From a virus: a stretch of 64,000 nucleotides of DNA. Shown here piece by piece: positions 46,301 to 54,240 of the stretch. The notes below the pieces were generated by a model. The model worked only from the letters and a program-made list of their open reading frames with translations, was not told the origin of the DNA and searched no databases. Numbering within the stretch: the first letter of the stretch is position 1; each line of letters opens with the position of its first letter. The translations under genes were made by a program, and so were the position numbers. The stretch is taken from the IMG/VR virus record IMGVR_UViG_3300042321_002027; one strand, given 5' to 3'.

Positions 46301-46513
46301 AAAGCTGCCAATGGCGCAACGACTTTGACAAGCAATTTCTCAAACGTTGACATTATTGACTTTAGAACTGATGCAACAGCGGAAGTTCATACTATTGGTG
46401 GTGATGTATTCGTTGGAATAAAACAGTTTGGTGTTAAAGTTGGATTGAAGGGTACAAACTCTGCTAAACCAGCCAGAGTAGGCGATCTAAGAGTCATCGC
46501 ACTGCAGTTGTGA
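40310..46513 (+). CDS. Large virion structural protein, VrlC/DUF4815-like
   Basis: FNVPPYYDDYD..K.YYKILFRP..A.QARELNQMQT...APGAHRYKI...RYTMREIG.L..RIENLEYY...DRFKNG.FVD.F. Confidence 0.85.
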   Translation: MANFNVPPYYDDYDQDKQYYKILFRPSVAIQARELNQMQTMLQKQIERFGSHIFREGSIVLGGAFDLELDVSYIKALSIQPLASSLSSLVGKTVVGATTGITAVVRAAVYDEINNVYAILLRYTSSSVTSSVFLNDEAVTVSDDASLGFTVVPSTYENYTGTGSIFSVSQGVVFSKGYFLAFPAQTTVIEKYSADPTKSVGLQLTESFVTDLSDPSLADNALGSLNENAPGAHRYKIECLLTSIDYKTGYDNENFITFMDIQNGVIQASNERSQYARIYDELAKRTFDESGDYYVKGLEVRTREHLDTGSNEGLYTLSEGGDATKLSVDVGPGVAYVKGYEVSKITTQHVVIDKGTDYNDVNNQLVNARTGGYFFINEITGSVDHDEAFVVNLYLNAETRLTSEVTNLENSPATQKIIGTARMKAMIYESGVMGTPTAVMRAYLYDYTMNSGYILTDTKAIGSTTASNRFFADVVLASGKSIFYESNQNVLIFSTGASNIRSIRTSSGTVDTSFQFIRSEDKTANVANTSSLTTTVTTSLEALSYSTGTLSSAEKREIIVSLNANSLIQVPGTVSGGGSPGSFILTGVSTEFDKLSVGNRIKVNGNSYFINSITNSTSLTVTSNVSPSASANLVFKDLRAGDIIDLTANGSTGQTRTATVASGILTLDFKEVATNVVPTAVSAKISYRVDRTTAAEVKKILNPNRYVKLNTNISNSSGPYNLGLSDVYKIRSIRMDNTAFTTANGTANSTNVTSYFVLDNGQRDNLYDHGRLLFNGGISLANMHMLVELDHFTPDYSAGFGYFSVDSYPIDDVNTSNSTIFTYEIPKYISAAGTEYSLRDALDFRPVKQITATSATTVAAATTNPATTTSVIVDTDGLRLPAPDSDMSIDYSFYLPRKDVVTLDKNGLFNVIKGESGITPISPNVPENVMGVASVYIPPYPSLSETFARIINTPKIACISKKIANIRYTMREIGVLKNRIENLEYYNLLTLLEKKAIDLTVLNDQGLDRFKNGYFVDGFVDHSLGDTANPDYKIAVDKVEQIIRPFFKLDSFQYRIESSGSTNYQQSGNLITLPYTQVTLLENRNVTTTRNIEQSVFRYIGAMELSPEGDTWCDTTTVDKVIQYGNEIPIEETMTTEWGSWENYAVGYNVYDRNFGDRSGNPDPSKFQGSYSSYAAALSAGKKDKDGRYLIETLESSERTGIVTTVTSQTNTQELGNFVTDVSVQPYIRPQVIRVYVKGLKANTRYYCFFDGENMSSYVVPGTIPANGNITQVVSFGAEGSEWRANGFGELLGYLRLPATGKRFRTGTKEIIVTDNPTNSIDATSYAKKYWSAMGISVQKQNTIISTQVAIIQQEEITEQRQLQKVEVMGPSCMAYSFKVDVPRGEEGIFLTSVDVWVSAKHANLGVWFEIREMNSGGSITRTQVPYSEVWLKNSDVTLWDGTSGTEETGKTRVTFPCPVFLMNNTQYAFVIHTEGLNPDYYFWISRLGETDVLTKKPVTSRQLTGTVFTTNNNLNYDMVPDIDLKVRFNRAQFTVGAATLIMGNRATEFINLSTASGDFSRKGEPVISSEFMNFSSTTSGANSIALTDIIRGVTSGTSANVIGITGINYYVDYYGFTANETFNVFNSANTSKSISGRILSIDKGSGTLRSYDSVSNFMIIDDSNGKFYSNAAIFGANSGHTGRISSFDQFKYSTTTLKPYYLVFNNTTLTFEKAGWLSNSSLNDFDSYIGTSMWYPGTSDSYSSFNNEVTVLSRVNELAAFGSSSPNSSARVRSRLTTVSEYVSPVIDISKSQSIYVHNIINNDDTGEANSSGGNLLNKYISKPVTLADGQEAEDLLIKLTAYKPPGSDVKVWMKLRHDDDSAIFKENKWIEMDYANNLFSSEANKNNFIELDYTIPASYKNENGVVQYIKRATNIYANNLWSNASGSYGINAAANSILIPSADSIFAANDEVYYSVPPGGVVISGTYTNSSGGTSYVEANTYLYINSVNTTAITLKAANGATTLTSNFSNVDIIDFRTDATAEVHTIGGDVFVGIKQFGVKVGLKGTNSAKPARVGDLRVIALQL

Positions 46514-46521
46514 GGTAAATT

Positions 46522-46734
46522 ATGGGTTATATTAAGACTGAAATAGAGGGAATTATTCGAGATACAAAAAATCAAGCGTTGTTAAATACAGATAACAATA
46601 GCCTTGATGCGTATAAGAAAATTAGAAAGAAAAGTTTGGAAATGGAAGAAGTTAAAAATAAAGTAAATTCTCTCGATAAAGAAGTGAATGTAATCAAATC
46701 AATGCTAAAACAAATTTTAGAGAAACTGTCATGA
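46522..46734 (+). CDS. Small coiled-coil protein
   Basis: Typical gene after VrlC (RD....A.LNTD...Y). Confidence 0.7.
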   Translation: MGYIKTEIEGIIRDTKNQALLNTDNNSLDAYKKIRKKSLEMEEVKNKVNSLDKEVNVIKSMLKQILEKLS

Positions 46735-47330
46735 CTATAGAAGTAGCAAATACCGCTAGTATTAATACGTTCCAATTTTTGGTTAACAGAGTTAATGAAC
46801 TTGCATATGCAATGTCAGCTAATGCAGTTACAACCGACTCAAATACTGCTTTAGGAAACGCTGCTATAACAGGCGCATTTACAGCAAACGTACTAATTGC
46901 TAATACTGTGAGAGTTTCTAACAGCACATCAAACGTTGTAATTGTTGTTCCAAATACAACCATGGTTTCTAATGGCAACTATTATTTGAATGCTAATGGA
47001 AACTGGACCTTACTTAAACCAATCGTTACTTCTGTATCGATAAACACTGCTAGCTTTGTTCCGCAAGAAATAGACAATTATAGAATGACAGAAAACGGCG
47101 GTGCTGAGTATTTTATTCGCGTAAAAGATAATAACGCTAATGGATATCAAGCTTCGAAAGTATTAACATTTCATAATTTGGTTAACGCTTTTTCAACTGA
47201 ATATGGTTCTATGGTTTCCAATGCTAGTTTGGGAGCTTTTTACGTTACCACAAATACTTCTCACGTTGTTTTGTGGATGGTACCTACTTCATCAAACACA
47301 GCAGTAAATATGTCTAGAGTAAACTTCTAA
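46731..47330 (+). CDS. Virion/fibre protein
   Basis: NTF......N.L N-terminal motif; C-terminal beta domain. Confidence 0.65.
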   Translation: MTIEVANTASINTFQFLVNRVNELAYAMSANAVTTDSNTALGNAAITGAFTANVLIANTVRVSNSTSNVVIVVPNTTMVSNGNYYLNANGNWTLLKPIVTSVSINTASFVPQEIDNYRMTENGGAEYFIRVKDNNANGYQASKVLTFHNLVNAFSTEYGSMVSNASLGAFYVTTNTSHVVLWMVPTSSNTAVNMSRVNF

Positions 47331-47659
47331 TGGCAACAAAAGCTAATTTAGTAATAGATCAAGGTTCTACTTTTTCAACTGATCTTTCTTTAACAGATGA
47401 GAACGGCGATGCTTTAGATTTACAAAATTTTACTGCAAATTCGCAGGTAAGAAAATGGTATTCTTCTTCTAATGCAGCTGCTACGTTTTCTACTGCAATA
47501 AACGTTTCTTCTGGGGCGATAACTTTAAGTTTAACAGCAAATCAAACTTCTAATTTAATTGCAGGTAGATACGTATATGATGTTGAAATAACTTCTGGTT
47601 CAGAGGTTTCTCGAATAGTAGAAGGGATAGTTACCGTAACACCTCAAGTTACTAGGTAA
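47330..47659 (+). CDS. Beta-sandwich fibre/adaptor protein (BppU-N-like)
   Basis: NLVIDQGSTF...DL..FTANSQVRK...GRYVYDVEI...RIVEG.VTVTP. Confidence 0.75.
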   Translation: MATKANLVIDQGSTFSTDLSLTDENGDALDLQNFTANSQVRKWYSSSNAAATFSTAINVSSGAITLSLTANQTSNLIAGRYVYDVEITSGSEVSRIVEGIVTVTPQVTR

Positions 47660-47662
47660 AAA

Positions 47663-47935
47663 ATGGTTAATGTAGTAGTAAGCAGAAAAAGAACAGTACA
47701 AATATCAGCTAATGCAACGGCAGGTATTATCGATACTACTACACCTGTTGTTTTAAAAAACAATCCAGTTGTGGTGACTGGAGGAGTGACGAGATTAGAT
47801 AAATTGACAGATGTTTCAGCTAATAACGAGATCAACGGCGCTACATTAGTCTATAATGCAGAGAATGATACGTACGTGGTTCAAAAACTTGATCTTTCTA
47901 ATGTTACTGGCGATTTAGATGGTGGGACCTTTTAA
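47663..47935 (+). CDS. Small virion protein ending LDGGTF
   Basis: LDKLTDV...NGATLVYN...LDGGTF. Confidence 0.7.
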   Translation: MVNVVVSRKRTVQISANATAGIIDTTTPVVLKNNPVVVTGGVTRLDKLTDVSANNEINGATLVYNAENDTYVVQKLDLSNVTGDLDGGTF

Positions 47936-47937
47936 AT

Positions 47938-47945
47938 TATAAATA
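47938..47945 (+). promoter_or_regulatory. T4-type late promoter TATAAATA
   Basis: Exact T4 late consensus 30 bp upstream of a fibre gene; gp33 is present. Confidence 0.7.
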
Positions 47946-47974
47946 TAAAGAAAAAGTAAAGAGGTTTATCCTAG

Positions 47975-50236
47975 ATGGCAAACAATAAAATTCAAATCAA
48001 GCGTTCTACGTCTAACTCAAACGTAACAGGTTTGAGTAATGGTGAATTAGCTTTTACACAAGCTGGTAATACATTACACATAGGTTTGCCAGACGGTTCT
48101 GGAGTGCTTCGCATCGGCGGAGCTATGGTTCCAGGCGTTCTTACCAATAATCATGCTCTTGTTGCTAATACAACTGGTGGTATTGACAAAGTTATAACAG
48201 CAAATCTTACATTGGGCGGTGCCTCTGTTACTGCTATCAATGCCGTAGCAAACCTTACTACTTTAGGTACACCTTCTAACACAGAATTAACTACAACTTG
48301 GGCTATTAAAACCTTTGTTGATGCTAAGATCGCACAGGCTTCTAACCCACAAGGCACTAACGGTCAGTTCCAGTATAATGATTCAGGAGTTCTTGCTGGC
48401 ACCAATAACATGGTGTTCGATAACACCACTGGCCAAATTACAATCGGTAACTCTTCTGTTAACGTACAGATTGGTTATACTGGTTCTATTAATGCTCTAG
48501 CTCACTTCCATGGTCAACAGAACGGTTACGTTCAAGTTGTTATGCAAAACTCAAATGGTGGTAACAGAGCCTCTTCTGACTTTGTTCTTGAAAATGATTT
48601 AGGCACCGAAACAGTAAACTTCCTTGATCTTGGCATCAACAGCTCTACTTACGATGATCCTTCGTTCAGCGCCATGGGTGCTGGTGATTCTTACTTGTAC
48701 GCTTCCAATAACAATTTAGTTATCGGTACAGCTTCTGCTGCTGATATTAAGTTCATTACAGGTGGTACTACCGCATCAGAAATTCGCGTTGAAATTGATG
48801 CTGGTGGTAACGTTGGTATCGGTAATACAGCACCAAATGCTAGATTACAAGTTACTGGTACAGCCAATATCTCTGGTTTGGTTACGCTAGGCGCTAACTT
48901 AGTATTAACTGCTCCATTAATTGCTAATGGAACTAGCGGAAGTTCTGGTCAGCTACTTACTTCAAACGGAACTACTGGAGCTCCATATTGGGCGGCTGCT
49001 CCTACAACAGTTGCTGGTTCAACTACACAAGTACAATATAATGATGGTGGATCTCTTGCTGGTGCAGCTGGTCTTACTTTCACAAAGGGTACTAATAACG
49101 TAACTATTGCAAATGCCTTGCTTATAGGCACTTCTGCTAACGCTGCTTCGTTTACTGTCGGTTCTGTTTTTATAGCTAACACTACAACACTAAACACTAA
49201 CGGCGCTGTAGTAAACTCTACTGGCGGATTCTTTACTGGTTATGTTAATGCTTCTGGATTCAGCACAACTGGCTCAGCAAACGCTGGTTCGTTCAGAGTT
49301 AGTACTAACTTCATTGCTAACTCGACTCAGCTTACGCTTTCTGGTATACCTTTATCTGCTAATGGCGGTGTGGGATCACAGGCTCAGGTTCTTGCATCTA
49401 ACGGTGCTACTGGTTCTCCATACTGGACTACTGCTGCTGTTGGTACAATCACAGGTGTAACAGCTGGTGCTGGTCTAACGGGCGGTGGTTCTTCTGGTTC
49501 TGTAACTCTTGATGCTGGCGCAGGTAACGGTATTTCTGTTTCTGCTGATGCCATCGCTGTATTGGCTAACGGTTCTTCTGCGGTTGTATCTAATACTACT
49601 GGCGTTCACATTAAGATCGGTGCTGGACTTGTATTCGACGGCTCTGGTAACGTAGCAGTTAACAGCAACGCTCTGACAAACTTCCAAGACCTAACAGTTT
49701 CCGGAAACTTGACAGTCCTTGGTGATCTTGTTTCTCTTAACGTTGCTACACTAACTGTTGAAGACTCTATGATCACTTTGGCAAAAGATCAAAGTTCTAC
49801 CAGCACTTTTACTGATGCTGTCGACATCGGCTTCTTCGGTACTTACGGTAATACCGCGAATGCATTTGTTTCTGGTTTATTCAGAGACCAGTCTGACTCT
49901 GGCATTTGGAAACTGTTTACTTCGAACGGTACTTACACAAATGCTATTATTAACACTACTAACACGGTTGCATTTACTCTAGCAACGTTGCAATCTTATC
50001 TCACCTCCGGTGGTTTAATATCTAATGCTGGTTCTGTTGCTATCACAGCAAACGCTACTGTAAACGTAAACATTTCGGCGAACATTCTGTCTCTATCAGG
50101 TAGATCAAATAATGATCTATTGTTTACAAACGCCACTGGTGGTGTAACTGCAAGAGCTCTTGGAACTTCTGGTTATGTCGTGCAGTCTAACGGTACTGCT
50201 ATCGTTTATGATACTCTAGACGGTGGTACGTTCTAA
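47975..50236 (+). CDS. Tail fibre / virion fibre protein
   Basis: N-terminal IQIKRS...L..GELA anchor motif; G/T/N/S-rich beta repeats; ends LDGGTF. Confidence 0.8.
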   Translation: MANNKIQIKRSTSNSNVTGLSNGELAFTQAGNTLHIGLPDGSGVLRIGGAMVPGVLTNNHALVANTTGGIDKVITANLTLGGASVTAINAVANLTTLGTPSNTELTTTWAIKTFVDAKIAQASNPQGTNGQFQYNDSGVLAGTNNMVFDNTTGQITIGNSSVNVQIGYTGSINALAHFHGQQNGYVQVVMQNSNGGNRASSDFVLENDLGTETVNFLDLGINSSTYDDPSFSAMGAGDSYLYASNNNLVIGTASAADIKFITGGTTASEIRVEIDAGGNVGIGNTAPNARLQVTGTANISGLVTLGANLVLTAPLIANGTSGSSGQLLTSNGTTGAPYWAAAPTTVAGSTTQVQYNDGGSLAGAAGLTFTKGTNNVTIANALLIGTSANAASFTVGSVFIANTTTLNTNGAVVNSTGGFFTGYVNASGFSTTGSANAGSFRVSTNFIANSTQLTLSGIPLSANGGVGSQAQVLASNGATGSPYWTTAAVGTITGVTAGAGLTGGGSSGSVTLDAGAGNGISVSADAIAVLANGSSAVVSNTTGVHIKIGAGLVFDGSGNVAVNSNALTNFQDLTVSGNLTVLGDLVSLNVATLTVEDSMITLAKDQSSTSTFTDAVDIGFFGTYGNTANAFVSGLFRDQSDSGIWKLFTSNGTYTNAIINTTNTVAFTLATLQSYLTSGGLISNAGSVAITANATVNVNISANILSLSGRSNNDLLFTNATGGVTARALGTSGYVVQSNGTAIVYDTLDGGTF

Positions 50237-50290
50237 TATTTCATCAGAACATTACTGATTATACTATAATTTGAATAAAGGTCAAGTGAA

Positions 50291-50500
50291 ATGAATCCTG
50301 AATTGATAAATTTATATATCGAACAATTGTTAATAGAAATCGGGGAGAATGCGAAATCACGCATTCTCCTCCAAACACAATTGAGGTATACAGAACGAGT
50401 TAATGCACAACTTCAAACAAAAATAAATGAATTAGAGTCCCAAGTTGAGAAACTAAATAAAAAGAAAATAAAAGAAGTAAATACTTCTGATCAATTTTAA
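50291..50500 (+). CDS. Small coiled-coil protein (possible fibre chaperone)
   Basis: Heptad pattern; lies between fibre genes. Confidence 0.6.
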   Translation: MNPELINLYIEQLLIEIGENAKSRILLQTQLRYTERVNAQLQTKINELESQVEKLNKKKIKEVNTSDQF

Positions 50501-50538
50501 CCTCGCTTATATAAGCGATTGATTGAGGAGAGCCAATA

Positions 50539-52995
50539 TTGGCTAATAACGTCTTTCAAGTAAAGCGCACCAGCACATCTGGACGCACCCCGAATACAAC
50601 GGGGTCATACGCCACAAATTCCCAATACATCGCTGCAGGTGAGTTCGCCTTAAATATGGTGGATGGTGTTCTCTATACATCCAATGGTTCTGCTGTAATT
50701 ACTGTTGGTGCTAATCTTGTTAATCAAAGAATAACAAATTCAGTTAGTATTGATAATAATAAAAATATAAGGTTCCAAACTGTCAACACGGCTGCTTATG
50801 TCGGTATGAGACAGCAGAATGATGACAACTTCGTCTTTTATTCAACAAATACCGCATATGGTGAAAGAGCAATTTGGTCAGTTTTTGCTAATAGTATTAC
50901 AAGTGCTTTTAGTCTTTCTGTTCCGACCACCTTTAATGGTAACATTACTCTTGGTGGTGTTGCAGTAAGCGCAAACGGAAGCACAGGATCTGCAGGTCAA
51001 GTTTTAACAACTAATGGTTCATCTACATACTGGTCAACTGTAAGTGGTGGTGGCGGTAGTGTTAACGTAAATGCACAATATGCTTGGACAAATATCCACA
51101 CATTCTCCGCAAACGTATCATTTACCGGAAATGGTATTGGTATTACTACAAATACTGGCGCGATTTATCTTGGTGGTCTTGCTGACAACAATTGGAAAAT
51201 AGGTCGTAATACTGGATCTACCACAAAGTGGAGATACACCAATAATAGTATTGACATAATTACTGCCAATTCAAATCTTGAAGGTATGACCATTGGTCTC
51301 ATTAATGGTAATAGCTATTTTGAAACTGGATATCTTGGTACATTTATTGCTAGTAATGTAACAATCGGTAATGCAACAGTAAACGTTACAATTAACTCTA
51401 CATCATTTACAGGAACAGCAAGTAATGCTTCGTTACTGAATAATAAGACCGAAGGCAACCTAAACGTTAATAACGCAACAACAGCGTATAGTAAAACTGA
51501 AGGCAATCTCAACGTTAATAACGCAACAACAGCTTACAGTAAAGCTGAATCTGCGTTAAATGTCAATAGTGCATTGACTGCAAACAATTCTACTAATTTA
51601 GGTGGTCAAGCAGCTGCTTATTACACTAACGCTACTAACATAACAACTGGCACTCTTCCATATGCTCAAATACCTGCTAACGTAATCAATACAACAGCAG
51701 CATTTACGCGCACTGGCATTACTACTTTTTCTGCTAACGTTGTTTTAGGAAGTTCGGGACTATCAGCAAACGGAGGGTTTGGTACGGCTGGTCAAGTACT
51801 ACACTCAAATGGCACAGCAACTTACTGGGCTGCTGACGATAATGCCGGAGGAACTGTAACATCTGTAGCATCAGGTAATGGTATAACAGGTGGCACAATT
51901 ACAACCACAGGCACATTAACTGCTGTTGCAGGTGCGGGTGTTGTTGTTAATACGTCTGGTATTAATGTTCTCGCTAATAATGGTATCACGGCAAACTCAA
52001 CTGGCACATTTGTTAACGCCCAAACTCCATTAGTTGCTAATGCTACTGGTTTACACATCGCCACAAGTGCAGGTAATGGCACGTTCAGTTCGGGTATTTC
52101 AGCGATTACAGTCGACTCTGTTGGTCGCGTCACTTCTGTTACAGGTTCGGCAGGTTATGTAACTTCTTCTGGTGTTACTTCTGTTGCTACTGGCAACGGT
52201 ATGACAGGTGGTACAATTACCACTACTGGTACTGTTTCTATCTTAGCAAATACGGGTATAGTCGCTAACTCTACAGGCGCTTTTGTTAATGCTACTTACA
52301 TAGCAACAATCGCTGCAAATAGCGCCACAGGATCGTTAACAAACACCTTTACTGTTGGTACAGCATCTTATTTTGTTGCGAATGGTAACTTGGGTATCGG
52401 CAACACAGCACCAGCATTTAAGCTTAGAGTTGAGGGTACAACTTCTTTAGCTGGTGCAGTTTCTGGTATTACTACTTTAGCAGCTGGTAATACTACAATC
52501 ACTGGATTTGCTAACGTTACATCTACAATCCAAGGTGGATCTAGTTTAACAATTGCGGGAGCTCTATCAGGCGTTACTACAGCTGCGATGGGCAACACAA
52601 CTATCACTGGATTTGCCAATGTAACTACCAGTGTTAACTCCGCATTGCTTACGGTTGGTTCAACATTTATCGCTAACACATCTCAACTAACAACAACTGT
52701 TCCATTTTCTGCTAATGGTGCCACAGGCACAGCTGGACATGTTCTAACTTCAAATGGTGCTACTGGATCTCCTTATTGGGCAGCAGCCGCTGGCGGCGGA
52801 TATTACAAAGGCGGAACATCAGCAGTCGGTTCTCTTGCAGTTGGTGGTCAAAACTTATTCCGTGTAAATGCAAACACGTTAAATACAAGTACCACATTTG
52901 TAGCAGGTGAAAATGGTTCAGCAACAGGTCCGATCACAATTGCTTCCGGTATAACTTTAACAATTCAAACAGGCGCTAGGGTGAGTATAGTATAA
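50539..52995 (+). CDS. Tail fibre protein
   Basis: FQVKRTS...GEFALN anchor; repeats (GTVTSVA.GNG.TGGTITT; KTEGNLNVNNATTAYS x2-3). Confidence 0.8.
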   Translation: MANNVFQVKRTSTSGRTPNTTGSYATNSQYIAAGEFALNMVDGVLYTSNGSAVITVGANLVNQRITNSVSIDNNKNIRFQTVNTAAYVGMRQQNDDNFVFYSTNTAYGERAIWSVFANSITSAFSLSVPTTFNGNITLGGVAVSANGSTGSAGQVLTTNGSSTYWSTVSGGGGSVNVNAQYAWTNIHTFSANVSFTGNGIGITTNTGAIYLGGLADNNWKIGRNTGSTTKWRYTNNSIDIITANSNLEGMTIGLINGNSYFETGYLGTFIASNVTIGNATVNVTINSTSFTGTASNASLLNNKTEGNLNVNNATTAYSKTEGNLNVNNATTAYSKAESALNVNSALTANNSTNLGGQAAAYYTNATNITTGTLPYAQIPANVINTTAAFTRTGITTFSANVVLGSSGLSANGGFGTAGQVLHSNGTATYWAADDNAGGTVTSVASGNGITGGTITTTGTLTAVAGAGVVVNTSGINVLANNGITANSTGTFVNAQTPLVANATGLHIATSAGNGTFSSGISAITVDSVGRVTSVTGSAGYVTSSGVTSVATGNGMTGGTITTTGTVSILANTGIVANSTGAFVNATYIATIAANSATGSLTNTFTVGTASYFVANGNLGIGNTAPAFKLRVEGTTSLAGAVSGITTLAAGNTTITGFANVTSTIQGGSSLTIAGALSGVTTAAMGNTTITGFANVTTSVNSALLTVGSTFIANTSQLTTTVPFSANGATGTAGHVLTSNGATGSPYWAAAAGGGYYKGGTSAVGSLAVGGQNLFRVNANTLNTSTTFVAGENGSATGPITIASGITLTIQTGARVSIV

Positions 52996-53888
52996 TGTCA
53001 ACATTAGCAGTAGCAACCGTAACAACAGGTTCTGGGACCACTGATTTAATTTTATCAACTGCAAATGCAAGTGCTGGCGACATAGTAGTTTTGTCTGGTG
53101 GTGGTTTAGTTTTAGCTCCTAATGCATCAATCAATTCTATTATCGTTTCTGCCGGATCTCCTGCAAACGTTATGGTAACCAATTCAACAGGAATATATCT
53201 ATCGTCAAACATAGCAAGCAATTTGGTGTTGTCAAGTAATTTAACAATTACTGGTCTTGCAAATGTCGCTAATATGAACGTTTCGGCCAACGTTGTTGTT
53301 ACTGATAGAATTACGGCGAATGTCTTTGTTGGTTCAGTATCAAGCCCTTTTAATCCACAAATAACAGTTGGTGTTGTTGCTGGCGCAAAAGCTATTGCTC
53401 CATCAATATCAACAGCTGCAGCTGGTACTTTAGCATTAACTGCAAATAGACAATACTTTGTGCCAATGTACATTCCTAATATTATTACAACTGCAACAAT
53501 GGCTTGCGAAGTAACTACACTAGGTACATCTTCTTCAATACGCATGAACATTTATGCAGCTAATGCTTCTACAGGAGCTCCTACTGGCTCACCATTGGCT
53601 TCAGATGTGTTAGTTTCTTCAGCGACAATTGGGGTAAAAACAGGAGCATATGTTGTGACATTAAAACCAGGACTTTATTGGGCTTCCATGGTTTGCAACG
53701 CCACTGCGCCAACAATAAGAACTATGACTGCTCCACCAACAATTGGCGTGTCGACTTTGGGAGCTACGCCAATGTATTCATACATATTTGGCACGTTTAC
53801 TTTCGCTGCAATGGGCGTTTATTCTGGTGTTACTTCTATAACCGGAGCCGCAGCTGCTACTCAAACACCGCTAATAGCTATTTACTGA
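52995..53888 (+). CDS. Fibre distal subunit / receptor-binding protein
   Basis: MSTLAV start coupled to the upstream stop; C-terminal globular beta domain. Confidence 0.65.
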   Translation: MSTLAVATVTTGSGTTDLILSTANASAGDIVVLSGGGLVLAPNASINSIIVSAGSPANVMVTNSTGIYLSSNIASNLVLSSNLTITGLANVANMNVSANVVVTDRITANVFVGSVSSPFNPQITVGVVAGAKAIAPSISTAAAGTLALTANRQYFVPMYIPNIITTATMACEVTTLGTSSSIRMNIYAANASTGAPTGSPLASDVLVSSATIGVKTGAYVVTLKPGLYWASMVCNATAPTIRTMTAPPTIGVSTLGATPMYSYIFGTFTFAAMGVYSGVTSITGAAAATQTPLIAIY

Positions 53889-53895
53889 GGATAAA

Positions 53896-54207
53896 ATGCA
53901 AAAGATTGATTCATACGATTCTGAAGGTAATTTAATATCTTCTGTTGATACAAGAACTCTAGAGTTTACTAAAGAGCAAAGAGTTTTATACATTAAGCAG
54001 CAGTGCACGACGTATATTTTAGAAAACTATCCGGATTACAAGCAAAGAAATGCAGGTATGGGAATTTACGCGCCGGAAGAAAATTTAAGAATAATTAATG
54101 GCGTGAAAGATTGTATAAATAAATGTGACACATTAGAATCTATGATAGCCGCATGTATTAGTAATGACGAAGTTGATTTGATAGATTGGAACATGGAAAT
54201 ACAATAG
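53896..54207 (+). CDS. Tail fibre assembly chaperone-like protein
   Basis: I...YPDYKQRN...I.AC....EV..IDW pattern following a fibre gene. Confidence 0.55.
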   Translation: MQKIDSYDSEGNLISSVDTRTLEFTKEQRVLYIKQQCTTYILENYPDYKQRNAGMGIYAPEENLRIINGVKDCINKCDTLESMIAACISNDEVDLIDWNMEIQ

Positions 54208-54240
54208 TCTAGATAATCTAGCCATAAGGGAAAGGGAACG

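Noticed and set aside
19869-46513. Stop-codon reassignment
   Set aside because: Core genes (gp32, gp6, VrlC) are full length in the standard code, and TAA, TGA and TAG all terminate genes.
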